Below are positions 14,100-30,300 of a stretch of 64,000 nt of DNA, piece by piece. The stretch spans positions 130,386,001 through 130,450,000 of the forward strand of contig OZ024741.1 of the NCBI GenBank assembly GCA_964016885.1, in the 5' to 3' direction. The DNA is from Eledone cirrhosa (taxonomy: Eukaryota). Position 1 is the first letter of the stretch. Every line of letters starts with the position of its first letter. Both the position numbers and the translations under genes were made by a program. Under the pieces are notes generated by a model that saw nothing but the letters and a program-made list of their open reading frames with translations, ran no database searches and was not told the origin of the DNA.

Positions 14100-17080
14100 G
14101 TCTGTGTAACTAGGGTTGGAAGCAGTTAACATACAACTTTACACATCATATTTATCTGTGTGACTAGGGTTGGAAGCAGTGAACATATAACTTTACACAT
14201 CATATTTGTCTGTGTAACTAGGGTTGGAAGCAGTGAACATATAACTTTACACATCATATTTGTCTGTGTAACTAGGGTTGGAAGCGGTGAACATATAACT
14301 TTACACATCATATTTGTCTGTGTAACTAGGGTTGGAAGCAGTGAACATATGACTTTACACATCATATTTGTCTGTGTAACTAGAGTTGGAAGCGGTGAAC
14401 ATATAACTTTACACATCATATTTGTCTGTGTAACTAGGGTTGGAAGCAGTGAAAATATAACTTTACACATCATATTTGTCTGTGTAACTAGGGTTGGAAG
14501 CGGTGAACATATAACTTTACACATCATATTTGTCTGTGTAACTAGGGTTGGAAGCTGTAAACATATAACTTTACACATCATATTTGTCTGTGTAACTAGG
14601 GTTGGAAGCAGTGAACATACAACTTTACACATCTTATTTGTCTGTGTAACTATGTTTGGAAGCAGTGAACATATAACTTTACACATCATATTTGTCTGTG
14701 TAACTAGGGTTGGAAGCAGTGTACATATAACTTTACACATCATATTTGTCTGTGTAACTAGGGTTGGAAGCGGTGAACATATAACTTTACACATCATATT
14801 TGTCTGTGTAACTAGGGTTGGAAGCGGTGAACATATACCTTTACACATCATATTTGTCTGTGTAACTAGGGTTGGAAGCAGTGAACATATAACTTTACAC
14901 ATCATATTTGTCTGTGTAACTAGGGTTGGAAGCAGTGAACATATAACTTTACACATCATATTTGTCTGTGTAACCAGGGTTGGAAGCGGTGAACATATAA
15001 CTTTACACATCATATTTTTCTGTGTAACTAGGGTTGGAAGCCGTGAACATATAATTTAACAGATCATATTTGTCTGTGTAACTATGGTTGGAAGCGGTGA
15101 ACATATAACTTTACACATCATATTTGTCTGTGTAACTAGGGTTGGAAGCAGTGAACATATAACTTTACAAATCATATTTGTCTGTGGAACTAGGGTTGTA
15201 AGCGGTGAACATATAACTTTACACATCATATTTGTCTGTGTAACTAGGGTTGGAAGCAGTGAACATATAACTTTACACATCATATTTGTCTGTGTAACTA
15301 GGGTTGGAAGCGGTGAACATTTAACTTTACACATCATATTTGTCTGTGTAACTAGGGTTGGAAGCAGTGAACATATAACTTTACACATCATATTTGTCTT
15401 TGTAACTAGGGTTGGAAGCAGTGAACATATAACTTTACACATCATATTTGTCTGTGTAACTTGGGTTGGAAGCAGTGAACATATATCTTTACACATCATA
15501 TTTGTCTGCGTAACTCGGGTTGGAAGCGGTGAACATATAACTTTACATATCATATTTGTCTGTGTAACTCGGGTTGGAAGCGGTGAACATATAACTTTAC
15601 ACATCATATTTGTCTGTGTAACTAGGGTTGGAAGCAGTTAACATACAACTTTACACATCATATTTATCTGTGTGACTAGGGTTGGAAGCAGTGAACATAT
15701 AACTTTACACATCATATTTGTCTGTGTAACTAGGGTTGGAAGCAGTGAACATATAACTTTACACATCATATTTGTCTGTGTAACTAGGGTTGGAAGCGGT
15801 GAACATATAACTTTACACATCATATTTGTCTGTGTAACTAGGGTTGGAAGCAGTGAACATATGACTTTACACATCATATTTGTCTGTGTAACTAGAGTTG
15901 GAAGCGGTGAACATATAACTTTACACATCATATTTGTCTGTGTAACTAGGGTTGGAAGCAGTGAAAATATAACTTTACACATCATATTTGTCTGTGTAAC
16001 TAGGGTTGGAAGCGGTGAACATATAACTTTACACATCATATTTGTCTGTGTAACTAGGGTTGGAAGCTGTAAACATATAACTTTACACATCATATTTGTC
16101 TGTGTAACTAGGGTTGGAAGCAGTGAACATACAACTTTACACATCTTATTTGTCTGTGTAACTATGTTTGGAAGCAGTGAACATATAACTTTACACATCA
16201 TATTTGTCTGTGTAACTAGGGTTGGAAGCAGTGTACATATAACTTTACACATCATATTTGTCTGTGTAACTAGGGTTGGAAGCGGTGAACATATAACTTT
16301 ACACATCATATTTGTCTGTGTAACTAGGGTTGGAAGCGGTGAACATATACCTTTACACATCATATTTGTCTGTGTAACTAGGGTTGGAAGCAGTGAACAT
16401 ATAACTTTACACATCATATTTGTCTGTGTAACTAGGGTTGGAAGCAGTGAACATATAACTTTACACATCATATTTGTCTGTGTAACCAGGGTTGGAAGCG
16501 GTGAACATATAACTTTACACATCATATTTTTCTGTGTAACTAGGGTTGGAAGCCGTGAACATATAATTTAACAGATCATATTTGTCTGTGTAACTATGGT
16601 TGGAAGCGGTGAACATATAACTTTACACATCATATTTGTCTGTGTAACTAGGGTTGGAAGCAGTGAACATATAACTTTACAAATCATATTTGTCTGTGGA
16701 ACTAGGGTTGTAAGCGGTGAACATATAACTTTACACATCATATTTGTCTGTGTAACTAGGGTTGGAAGCAGTGAACATATAACTTTACACATCATATTTG
16801 TCTGTGTAACTAGGGTTGGAAGCGGTGAACATATAACTTTACACATCATATTTGTCTGTGTAACTAGGGTTGGAAGCAGTGAACATATAACTTTACACAT
16901 CATATTTGTCTTTGTAACTAGGGTTGGAAGCAGTGAACATATAACTTTACACATCATATTTGTCTGTGTAACTTGGGTTGGAAGCAGTGAACATATATCT
17001 TTACACATCATATTTGTCTGCGTAACTCGGGTTGGAAGCGGTGAACATATAACTTTACATATCATATTTGTCTGTGTAAC
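14100..17080. repeat. Tandem duplication of a 28-monomer (1512 bp) unit
   Basis: ORFs 14126-15013 and 15638-16525, and ORFs 14160-15059 and 15672-16571, translate identically at offset 1512. Shared rare variants include TTTATCTGTGTGACT, GAAGCTGTAA, CATCTTATTT, TTAACAGATC and ACTTGGGTT. Confidence 0.92.
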
Positions 17081-17499
17081 TAGGGTTGGAAGCAGTGAAC
17101 ATACAACTTTACACATCATATTTGGCTGTGTAACTAGGGTTGGAAGCAGTGAACATATAACTTTACACATCATATTTGTCTGCGTAACTCGGGTTGGAAG
17201 CGGTGAACATATAACTTTACACATCATATTTGTCTGTGGAACTAGGGTTCGAAGCGGTGAACATATAACTTTACACATCATATTTGTCTGTGGAACTAGG
17301 GTTGGAAGCAGTGAACATAGAACTTTACACATCATATTTGTCTGTGTAACTAGTGTTGGAAGCAGTGAACATATAGCTTTACACATCATATTTGTCTGTG
17401 TAACTCGGGTTGGAAGCGGTGAACATATAACTTGACACATCATATTTGTCTGTGGAACTAGGGTTCGAAGCGGTGAACATATAACTTTACACATCATAT

Positions 17500-20400
17500 T
17501 TGTCTGTGTAACTAGGGTTGGAAGCAGTGAACATATGACTTTACACATCATATTTGTCTGTGTAACTAGAGTTGGAAGCGGTGAACATATAACTTTACAC
17601 ATCATATTTGTCTGTGTAACTAGGGTTGGAAGCAGTGAAAATATAACTTTACACATCATATTTGTCTGTGTAACTAGGGTTGGAAGCGGTGAACATATAA
17701 CTTTACACATCATATTTGTCTGTGTAACTAGGGTTGGAAGCGGTAAACATATAACTTTACACATCATATTTGTCTGTGTAACTAGGGTTGGAAGCAGTGA
17801 ACATACAACTTTACACATCATATTTGTCTGTGTAACTATGTTTGGAAGCAGTGAACATATAACTTTACACATCATTTTGTCTGTGTAACTAGGGTTGGAA
17901 GCAGTGTACATATAACTTTACACATCATATTTGTCTGTGTAACTAGGGTTGGAAGCGGTGAACATATAACTTTACACATCATATTTGTCTGTGTAACTAG
18001 GGTTGGAAGCGGTGAACATATACCTTTACACATCATATTTGTCTGTGTAACTAGGGTTGGAAGCAGTGAACATATAACTTTACACATCATATTTGTCTGT
18101 GTAACTAGGGTTGGAAGCAGTGAACATATAACTTTACACATCATATTTGTCTGTGTAACCAGGGTTGGAAGCGGTGAACATATAACTTTACACATCATAT
18201 TTGTCTGTGTAACTAGGGTTGGAAGCCGTGAACATATAATTTAACACATCATATTTGTCTGTGTAACTAGGGTTGGAAGCGGTGAACATATAACTTTACA
18301 CATCATATTTGTCTGTGTAACTAGGGTTGGAAGCAGTGAACATATAACTTTACAAATCATATTTGTCTGTGTAACTAGGGTTGGAAGCAGTGAACACACA
18401 ACTTTACACATCATATTTGTATGTGTAACTAGGGTTGGAAGCAGTGAACATATAACTTTACACATCATATTTGTCTATGTAACTAGGGTTGGAAGCAGTG
18501 AACATATAACTTTATACATCATATTTGTCTGTGTAACTAGGGTTGGAAGCAGTGAACATATAACTTTACACATCATATTTGTTTGTGTAACTAGGGTTGT
18601 AAGCAGTGAACATATAACTTTACACATCATATTTGTCTGTGTAACTAGGGTTGGAAGCAGTGAACATATAACTTTACACATCATATTTGTCTGTGGAACT
18701 AGGGTTGGAAGCAGTGAACATATAACTTTACACATCATATTTGTCTGCGTAACTCGGGTTGGAAGCGGTGAACATATAACTTTACACATCATATTTGTCT
18801 GTGTAACTAGGGTTGGAATCAGTGAACATACAACTTTACACATCATATTTGTCTGTGTAACTAGGGTTGGAAGCAGTGAACATATAACTTTACACATCAT
18901 ATTTGTCTGTGTAACTAGGGTTGGAAGCAGTGAACATATAACTTTACACATCATATTTCTTTGTGTAACTAGGGTTGGAAGCAGTGAACATATAACTTTA
19001 CACATCATATTTGTCTGTCTAACTAGGTTTGGAAGCGGTGAATATATAACTTTACACATCATATTTGACTGTGTAACTAGGGTTGGAAGCAGTGAACATA
19101 TAACTTTACACATCATATTTGTCTGTGGAACTAGGGTTGGAAGCAGTGAACATATAACTTTACACATCATATTTGTTTATCTAACTAGGGTTGGAAGCAG
19201 TGAACATATAACTTTACACATCATATTTGTCTGTGTAACTCGGGTTCGAAGCGGTGAACATATAACTTGACACATCATATTTGTCTGTGGAACTAGGGTT
19301 CGAAGCGGTGAACATATAACTTTACACATCATATTTGTCTGTGTAACTAGGGTTGGAAGCAGTGAAAATATAACTTTACACATCATATTTGTCTGTGTAA
19401 CTAGGGTTGGAAGCGGTGAACATATAACTTTACACATCATATTTGTCTGTGTAACTAGGGTTGGAAGCGGTAAACATATAACTTTACACATCATATTTGT
19501 CTGTGTAACTAGGGTTGGAAGCAGTGAACATACAACTTTACACATCATATTTGTCTGTGTAACTATGTTTGGAAGCAGTGAACATATAACTTTACACATC
19601 ATTTTGTCTGTGTAACTAGGGTTGGAAGCAGTGTACATATAACTTTACACATCATATTTGTCTGTGTAACTAGGGTTGGAAGCAGTGAACATATAACTTT
19701 ACACATCATATTTCTTTGTGTAACTAGGGTTGGAAGCAGTGAACATATAACTTTACACATCATATTTGTCTGTCTAACTAGGTTTGGAAGCGGTGAATAT
19801 ATAACTTTACACATCATATTTGACTGTGTAACTAGGGTTGGAAGCAGTGAACATATAACTTTACACATCATATTTGTCTGTGGAACTAGGGTTGGAAGCA
19901 GTGAACATATAACTTTACACATCATATTTGTTTATCTAACTAGGGTTGGAAGCAGTGAACATATAACTTTACACATCATATTTGTCTGTGTAACTCGGGT
20001 TCGAAGCGGTGAACATATAACTTGACACATCATATTTGTCTGTGGAACTAGGGTTCGAAGCGGTGAACATATAACTTTACACATCATATTTGTCTGTGTA
20101 ACTAGGGTTGGAAGCAGTGAAAATATAACTTTACACATCATATTTGTCTGTGTAACTAGGGTTGGAAGCGGTGAACATATAACTTTACACATCATATTTG
20201 TCTGTGTAACTAGGGTTGGAAGCGGTAAACATATAACTTTACACATCATATTTGTCTGTGTAACTAGGGTTGGAAGCAGTGAACATACAACTTTACACAT
20301 CATATTTGTCTGTGTAACTATGTTTGGAAGCAGTGAACATATAACTTTACACATCATTTTGTCTGTGTAACTAGGGTTGGAAGCAGTGTACATATAACTT

Positions 20401-21700
20401 TACACATCATATTTGTCTGTGTAACTAGGGTTGGAAGCGGTGAACATATAACTTTACACATCATATTTGTCTGTGTAACTAGGGTTGGAAGCGGTGAACA
20501 TATACCTTTACACATCATATTTGTCTGTGTAACTAGGGTTGGAAGCAGTGAACATATAACTTTACACATCATATTTGTCTGTGTAACTAGGGTTGGAAGC
20601 AGTGAACATATAACTTTACACATCATATTTGTCTGTGTAACCAGGGTTGGAAGCGGTGAACATATAACTTTACACATCATATTTGTCTGTGTAACTAGGG
20701 TTGGAAGCCGTGAACATATAATTTAACACATCATATTTGTCTGTGTAACTAGGGTTGGAAGCGGTGAACATATAACTTTACACATCATATTTGTCTGTGT
20801 AACTAGGGTTGGAAGCAGTGAACATATAACTTTACAAATCATATTTGTCTGTGTAACTAGGGTTGGAAGCAGTGAACACACAACTTTACACATCATATTT
20901 GTATGTGTAACTAGGGTTGGAAGCAGTGAACATATAACTTTACACATCATATTTGTCTATGTAACTAGGGTTGGAAGCAGTGAACATATAACTTTACACA
21001 TCATATTTGTCTGTGTAACTAGGGTTGGAAGCAGTGAACATATAACTTTACACATCATATTTGTTTGTGTAACTAGGGTTGTAAGCAGTGAACATATAAC
21101 TTTACACATCATATTTGTCTGTGTAACTAGGGTTGGAAGCAGTGAACATATAACTTTACACATCATATTTGTCTGTGGAACTAGGGTTGGAAGCAGTGAA
21201 CATACAACTTTACACATCATATTTGTCTGTGTAACTAGGGTTGGAAGCAGTGAACATATAACTTTACACATCATATTTGTCTGTGTAACTAGGGTTGGAA
21301 GCAGTGAACATATAACTTTACACATCATATTTCTTTGTGTAACTAGGGTTGGAAGCAGTGAACATATAACTTTACACATCATATTTGTCTGTCTAACTAG
21401 GTTTGGAAGCGGTGAATATATAACTTTACACATCATATTTGACTGTGTAACTAGGGTTGGAAGCAGTGAAAATATAACTTTACACATCATATTTGTCTGT
21501 GGAACTAGGGTTGGAAGCAGTGAACATATAACTTTACACATCATATTTGTTTATCTAACTAGGGTTGGAAGCAGTGAACATATAACTTTACACATCATAT
21601 TTGTCTGTGTAACTCGGGTTCGAAGCGGTGAACATATAACTTGACACATCATATTTGTCTGTGGAACTAGGGTTCGAAGCGGTGAACATATAACTTTACA
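17500..21700. repeat. Duplication at 2482 bp offset (46 monomers - 2 bp) containing a nested 755 bp (14 monomers - 1 bp) tandem duplication
   Basis: ORFs 17872/20354, 18241/20723 and 18475/20957 are offset by 2482. ORFs 19177-19638 and 19932-20393 are identical at offset 755. The CATCATTTTGTC 1-bp deletion is shared at ~17876, ~19602 and ~20357. Confidence 0.9.
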
Positions 21701-24399
21701 CAACATATTTGTCTGTGTAACTAGGGTTGGAAGCAGTGAACATATAACTTTACACATCATATTTGTCTGTGTAACTAGGGTTGGAAGCGGTGAACATATA
21801 ACTTTACACATCATATTTGTCTGTGTAACTAGGGTTGGAAGCGGTGAACATATAACTTTACACGTGATATTTGTCTGTGTAACTAGGGTTGGAAGCAGTG
21901 AACATATAACTTTACACATCATATTTGTCTGTGTAACTAGGGTTGGAAGCAGTGAACATATAACTTTACACATCATATTTGTCTGTGTAACTAGGGTTGG
22001 AAGCGGTGAACATATAACTTTACACGTCATATTTGTCTGTGTAACTAGGGTTGGAAGCGGTGAACATATAACTTTACACATCATATTTGTCTGTGTAACT
22101 AGGGTTAGAAGCAGTGAACATATAACTTTACACATCATATTTGTCTTTGTAACTAGGGTTGGAAGCAGTGAACATATAACTTGACACATCATATTTGTCT
22201 GTGTAACTAGGGTTGGAAGCGGTGAACATATAACTTTACACGTGATATTTGTCTGTGTAACTAGGGTTGGAAGCAGTGAACATATAACTTTACACATCAT
22301 ATTTGTCTGTGTAACTAGGGTTGGAAGCGGTGAACATATAACTTTACACGTCATATTTGTCTGTGTAACTAGGGTTGGAAGCGGTGAACATATAACTTTA
22401 CACATCATATTTGTCTGTGTAACTAGGGTTAGAAGCAGTGAACATATAACTTTACACATCATATTTGTCTTTGTAACTAGGGTTGGAAGCAGTGAACATA
22501 TAACTTGACACATCATATTTGTCTGTGGAACTAGGGTTGGAAGCAGTGAACATATAACTTTACACATCATATTTGTCTGTGTAACTAGGGTTGGAAGCAG
22601 TGAACATACAACTTTACACATCATATTTGTCTGTGTAACTAGGGTTGGAAGCATTGAACATATAACTTTACACATCATATTTGTCTGTGTAACTAGGGTT
22701 GGAAGCAGTGAACATATAACTTTACACATCATATTTGTCTGTGTAACTAGGGTTGGAAGCGGTGAACATATAACTTTACACATCATATTTGTCTGTGTAA
22801 CTAGGGTTGGAAGCGGTGAACATATAACTTTACACATCATATTTGTCTTTGTAACTAGGGTTGGAAGCAGTGAACATATAACTTTACACATCATATTTGT
22901 CTGTGTAACTAGGGTTGGAAGCAGTGAACATATAACTTTACACATCATATTTGTCTGCGTAACACGGGTTGGAAGCGGTGAACATATAACTTTACACATC
23001 ATATTTGTCTGTGTAACTAGGGTTGGAAACAGTGAACATACAACTTTACACATCATATTTGTCTGTGTAACTAGGGTTGGAAGCAGTGAACATATAACTT
23101 TACACATCATATTGTCTGTGTAACTAGGGTTGGAAGCAGTGAACATATAAATTTACACATCATATTTGTCTGTGTAACTAGGGTTGGAAGCAGTGAACAT
23201 ATAACTTTACACATCATATTTGTCTGCGTAACTCGGGTTGGAAGCGGTGAACATATAACTTTACACATCATATTTGTCTGTGGGACTAGGGTTGGAAGCG
23301 GTGAACATATAACTTTACACATCATATTTGTCTGTGGAACTAGGGTTGGAAGCAGTGAACATAGAACTTTACACATCATATTTGTCAGTGTAACTAGGGT
23401 TGGAAGCAGTGAACATATAACTTTACACATCATATTTGTCTGTGTAACTCGGGTTGGAAGCGGTGAACATATAACTTGACACATCATATTTGTTTGTGGA
23501 ACTAGGGTTCGAAGCGGTGAACATATAACTTTACACATCATATTTGTCTATGTAACTAGGGTTGGAAGCAGTGAACATAGAACTTTACACATCATATTTG
23601 TCTGTGTAACTAGGGTTGGAAGCGGTGAACATATAACTTTACACATCATATTTGTCTGTGTAACTAGGGTTGGAAGCAGTGAACATATAACTTTACACAT
23701 CATATTTGTCTGTGTAACTAGGGTTGGAAGCGGTGAACATATAACTTTACACATCATATTCGTCTGTGTAACTAGGGTTGGAAGCGGTGAACATATAACT
23801 TTACACATCATATTTGTCTGCGTAACTCGGGTTGGAAGCGGTGAACATATAACTTTACACATCATATTTGTCTGTGTGACTAGGGTTGGAAGCAGTGAAC
23901 ATACAACTTTACACATCATATTTGTCTGTGTAACTAGGGTTGGAAGCAGTGAACATATAACTTTACACATCATATTTGTCTGTGTAACTAGGGTTGGAAG
24001 CAGTGAACATATAAATTTACACATCATATTTGTCTGTGTAACTAGGGTTGGAAGCAGTGAACATACAACTTTACACATCATATTTGTCTGCGTAACTCGG
24101 GTTGGAAGCGGTGAACATATAACTTTACACATCATATTTGTCTGTGTAACTAGGGTTGGAAGCATTGAACATATAACTTTACACATCATATTTGTCTGTG
24201 TAACTAGGGTTGGAAGCGGTGAACATATAACTTTACACATCATATTTGTCTGTGTAACTAGGGTTGGAAGCGGTGAACATATAACTTTACACATCATATT
24301 TGTCTGTGTAACCAGGGTTGGAAGCAGTGAACATATAACTTTACACATCATATTTGTCTGTGTAACTAGGGTTGGAAGCAGTGAACATATAACTTTACA

Positions 24400-27300
24400 C
24401 ATCATATTTGACTGTGTAACTAGGGTTGGAAGCGGTGAACATTTAACTTTACACATCATATTTGTCTGTGTAACTAGGGTTGGAAGCAGTGAACATATAA
24501 CATTACAAATCATATTTGTCTGTGTAACTCGGGTTGGAAGCGGTGAACATATAACTTTACACGTCATATTTGTCTGTGTAACTAGGGTTGGAATCAGTGA
24601 ACATACAACTTTACACATCATATTTGTCTGTGTAACAAGGGTTGGAAGCAGTGAACATATAACTTTACACGTCATATTTGTCTGTGTAGCTAGGGTTGGA
24701 AGCGGTGAACATATAACTTTACACATCATATTTGTCTGTGTAACTAGGGTTGGAAGCAGTGAAAATATAACTTTACACATCATATTTGTCTTTGTAACTA
24801 GGGTTGGAAGCAGTGAACATATAACTTGACACATCATATTTGTCTGTGGAACTAGGGTTCGAAGCGGTGAACATATAACTTTACACATCATATTTGTCTG
24901 TGTAACTAGGGTTGGAAGCAGTGAACATACAACTTCACACATCATATTTGTCTGTGTAACTAGGGTTGGAAGCATTGAACATATAACTTTACACATCATA
25001 TTTGTCTGTGTAACTAGGGTTGGAAGCGGTGAACATATAACTTTACACATCATATTTGTCTGTGTAACTAGGGTTAGAAGCGGTGAACATATAACTTTAC
25101 ACATCATATTTGTCTGTGTAACCAGGGTTGGAAGCAGTGAACATATAACTTTACACATCATATTTGTCTGTGTAACTAGGGTTGGAAGCAGTGAACATAT
25201 AAATTTACACATCATATTTGACTGTGTAACTAGGGATGGAAGCGGTGAACATATAACTTTACACATCATATTTGTCTGTGTAACTAGGGTTGGAAGCAGT
25301 GAACATATAACTTTACACATCATATTGTCTGTGTAACTAGGGTTGGAAGCAGTGAACATATAAATTTACACATCATATTTGACTGTGTAACTAGGGTTGG
25401 AAGCGGTGAACATTTAACTTTACACATCATATTTGTCTGTGTAACTAGGGTTGGAAGCAGTGAACATATAACATTACAAATCATATTTGTCTGTGTAACT
25501 CGGGTTGGAAGCGGTGAACATATAACTTTACACGTCATATTTGTCTGTGTAACTAGGGTTGGAATCAGTGAAACATACAACTTTACACATCATATTTGTC
25601 TGTGTAACAAGGGTTGGAAGCAGTGAACATATAACTTTACACGTCATATTTGTCTGTGTAGCTAGGGTTGGAAGCGGTGAACATATAACTTTACACATCA
25701 TATTTGTCTGTGTAACTAGGGTTGGAAGCAGTGAAAATATAACTTTACACATCATATTTGTCTTTGTAACTAGGGTTGGAAGCAGTGAACATATAACATT
25801 ACAAATCATATTTGTCTGTGTAACTCGGGTTGGAAGCGGTGAACATATAACTTTACACGTCATATTTGTCTGTGTAACTAGGGTTGGAATCAGTGAACAT
25901 ACAACTTTACACATCATATTTGTCTGTGTAACAAGGGTTGGAAGCAGTGAACATATAACTTTACACGTCATATTTGTCTGTGTAGCTAGGGTTGGAAGCG
26001 GTGAACATATAACATTACACATCATATTTGTCTGTGTAACTAGGGTTGGAAGCAGTGAAAATATAACTTTACACATCATATTTGTCTTTGTAACTAGGGT
26101 TGGAAGCAGTGATCATATAACTTGACACATCATATTTGTCTGTGGAACTAGGGTTCGAAGCGGTGAACATATAACTTTACACATCATATTTGTCTGTGTA
26201 ACTAGGGTTGGAAGCAGTGAACATACAACTTCACACATCATATTTGTCTGTGTAACTAGGGTTGGAAGCATTGAACATATAACTTTACACATCATATTTG
26301 TCTGTGTAACTAGGGTTGGAAGCGGTGAACATATAACTTTACACATCATATTTGTCTGTGTAACTAGGGTTGGAAGCGGTGAACATATAACTTTACACAT
26401 CATATTTGTCTGTGTAACCAGGGTTGGAAGCAGTGAACATATAACTTTACACATCATATTTGTCTGTGTAACTAGGGTTGGAAGCAGTGAACATATAACT
26501 TTACACATCATATTTGACTGTGTAACTAGGGTTGGAAGCAGTGAACATATAACATTACAAATCATATTTGTCTGTGTAACTAGGGTTGGAAGCAGTGAAC
26601 ATATAAATTTACACATCATATTTGTCTGTGTAACTAGGGTTGGAAGCAGTGAACATATAATTTAACACATCATATTTGTCTGTGTAACTAGGGTTGGAAG
26701 CGGTGAACATATAACTTTACACATCATATTTGTCTGTGTAACTAGGGTTGGATGCAGTGAACATATAACTTTACACATCATATTTGTCTGTGTAACTAGG
26801 GTTGGAAGCGGTGAACATATAACTTTACACATCATATTTGTCTGTGTAACTAGGGTTGGAAGCGGTGAACATATAACTTTACACATCATATTTGTCTGTG
26901 TAACTAGGGTTGGAAGCAGTGAACATATAACTTTACACATCATATTTGTCTTTGTAACTAGGGTTGGAAGCAGTGAACATATATCTTTACACATCATATT
27001 TGTCTGTGTAACTAGGGTTGGAAGCAGTGAACATATAACTTTACACATCATATTTGTCTGCGTAACACGGGTTGGAAGCGGTGAACATATAACTTTACAC
27101 ATCATATTTGTCTGTGTAACTAGGGTTGGAAGCAGTGAACATACAACTTTACACATCATATTTGTCTGTGTAACTAGGGTTGGAAGCAGTGAACATATAA
27201 CTTTACACATCATATTTGTCTGTGTAACTAGGGTTGGAAGCGGTGAACATATAACTTTACACATCATATTCGTCTGTGTAACTAGGGTTGGAAGCGGTGA

Positions 27301-30300
27301 ACATATAACTTTACACATCATATTTGTCTGCGTAACTCGGGTTGGAAGCGGTGAACATATAACTTTACACATCATATTTGTCTGTGTGACTAGGGTTGGA
27401 ATCAGTGAACATACAACTTTACACATCATATTTGTCTGTGTAACAAGGGTTGGAAGCAGTGAACATATAACTTTACACGTCATATTTGTCTGTGTAGCTA
27501 GGGTTGGAAGCGGTGAACATATAACTTTACACATCATATTTGTCTGTGTAACTAGGGTTGGAAGCAGTGAAAATATAACTTTACACATCATATTTGTCTT
27601 TGTAACTAGGGTTGGAAGCAGTGAACATATAACATTACAAATCATATTTGTCTGTGTAACTCGGGTTGGAAGCGGTGAACATATAACTTTACACGTCATA
27701 TTTGTCTGTGTAACTAGGGTTGGAATCAGTGAACATACAACTTTACACATCATATTTGTCTGTGTAACAAGGGTTGGAAGCAGTGAACATATAACTTTAC
27801 ACGTCATATTTGTCTGTGTAGCTAGGGTTGGAAGCGGTGAACATATAACTTTACACATCATATTTGTCTGTGTAACTAGGGTTGGAAGCAGTGAACATAT
27901 AACTTTACACATCATATTTGTCTTTGTAACTAGGGTTGGAAGCAGTGAACATATAACTTGACACATCATATTTGTCTGTGGAACTAGGGTTCGAAGCGGT
28001 GAACATATAACTTTACACATCATATTTGTCTGTGTAACTAGGGTTGGAAGCAGTGAACATACAACTTCACACATCATATTTGTCTGTGTAACTAGGGTTG
28101 GAAGCATTGAACATATAACTTTACACATCATATTTGTCTGTGTAACTAGGGTTGGAAGCGGTGAACATATAACTTTACACATCATATTTGTCTGTGTAAC
28201 TAGGGTTGGAAGCGGTGAACATATAACTTTACACATCATATTTGTCTGTGTAACCAGTGTTGGAAGCAGTGAACATATAACTTTACACATCATATTTGTC
28301 TGTGTAACTAGGGTTGGAAGCAGTGAACATATAACTTTACACATCATATTTGACTGTGTAACTAGGGTTGGAAGCAGTGAACATATAACATTACAAATCA
28401 TATTTGTCTGTGTAACTAGGGTTGGAAGCAGTGAACATATAAATTTACACATCATATTTGTCTGTGTAACTAGGGTTGGAAGCAGTGAACATATAATTTA
28501 ACACATCATATTTGTCTGTGTAACTAGGGTTGGAAGCGGTGAACATATAACTTTACACATCATATTTTTCTGTGTAACTAGGGTTGGATGCAGTGAACAT
28601 ATAACTTTACACATCATATTTGTCTGTGTAACTAGGGTTGGAAGCGGTGAACATATAACTTTACACATCATATTTGTCTGTGTAACTAGGGTTGGAAGCG
28701 GTGAACATATAACTTTACACATCATATTTGTCTGTGTAACTAGGGCTGGAAGCAGTGAACATATAACTTTACACATCATATTTGTCTTTGTAACTAGGGT
28801 TGGAAGCAGTGAACATATATCTTTACACATCATATTTGTCTGTGTAACTAGGGTTGGAAGCAGTGAACATATAACTTTACACATCATATTTGTCTGCGTA
28901 ACACGGGCTGGAAGCGGTGAACATATAACTTTACACATCATATTTGTCTGTGTAACTAGGGTTGGAAGCAGTGAACATACAACTTTACACATCATATTTG
29001 TCTGTGTAACTAGGGTTGGAAGCAGTGAACATATAACTTTACACATCATATTTGTCTGTGTAACTAGGGTTGGAAGCGGTGAACATATAACTTTACACAT
29101 CATATTCGTCTGTGTAACTAGGGTTGGAAGCGGTGAACATATAACTTTACACATCATATTTGTCTGTGTAACTAGGGTTGGAAGCAGTGAACATACAACT
29201 TTACACATCATATTTGTCTGCGTAACTCGGGTTGGAAGCGGTGAACATATAACTTTACACATCATATTTGTCTGTGGAACTAGGGTTGGAAGCGGTGAAC
29301 ATATAACTTTACACATCATATTTGTCTGTGTAACTAGGGTTGGAAGCAGTGAACATATAACTTTACACATCATATTTGTCTGTGTAAATAGGGTTGGAAG
29401 CAGTGAACATACAACTTTACACATCATATTTGTCTGTGTAACTAGCGTTGGAAGCATTGAACATATAACTTTACACATCATATTTGTCTGTGTAACTAGG
29501 GTTGGAAGCGGTGAACATATAACTTTACACATCATATTTGTCTGTGTAACTAGGGTTGGAAGCGGTGAACATATAACTTTACACATCATATATGTCTGTG
29601 TAACCAGGGTTGGAAGCAGTGAACATATAACTTTACACATCATATTTGTCTGTGTAACTAGGGTTGGAAGCAGTGAACATATAACTTTACACATCATATT
29701 TGACTGTGTAAATAGGGTTGGAAGCGGTGAAGATTTAACTTTACACATCATATTTGTCTGTGTAACTAGGGTTGGAAGCAGTGAACATATAACATTACAA
29801 ATCATATTTGTCTGTGTAACTCGGGTTGGAAGCGGTGAACATATAACTTTACACATCATATTTGTCTGTGTAACTAGGGTTGGAATCAGTGAACATACAA
29901 CTTTACACATCATATTTGTCTGTGTAACAAGGGTTGGAAGCAGTGAACATATAACTTTACACGTCATATTTGTCTGTGTAGCTAGGGTTGGAAGCGGTGA
30001 ACATATAACTTTACACATCATATTTGTCTGTGTAACTAGGGTTGGAAGCAGTGAAAATATAACTTTACACATCATATTTGTCTTTGTAACTAGGGTTGGA
30101 AGCAGTGAACATATAACTTGACACATCATATTTGTCTGTGGAACTAGGGTTCGAAGCGGTGAACATATAACTTTACACATCATATTTGTCTGTGTAACTA
30201 GGGTTGGAAGCAGTGAACATACAACTTCACACATCATATTTGTCTGTGTAACTAGGGTTGGAAGCATTGAACATATAACTTTACACATCATATTTGTCTG

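Noticed and set aside
25565-25580. +1 A insertion (GTGAAACATAC) as a compensating frameshift for the deletion at ~25325
   Set aside because: It is a singleton absent from sister copies (~24600, 25895, 27730). It could be a homopolymer sequencing error or a recent mutation, and there is no evidence for a selected reading frame.
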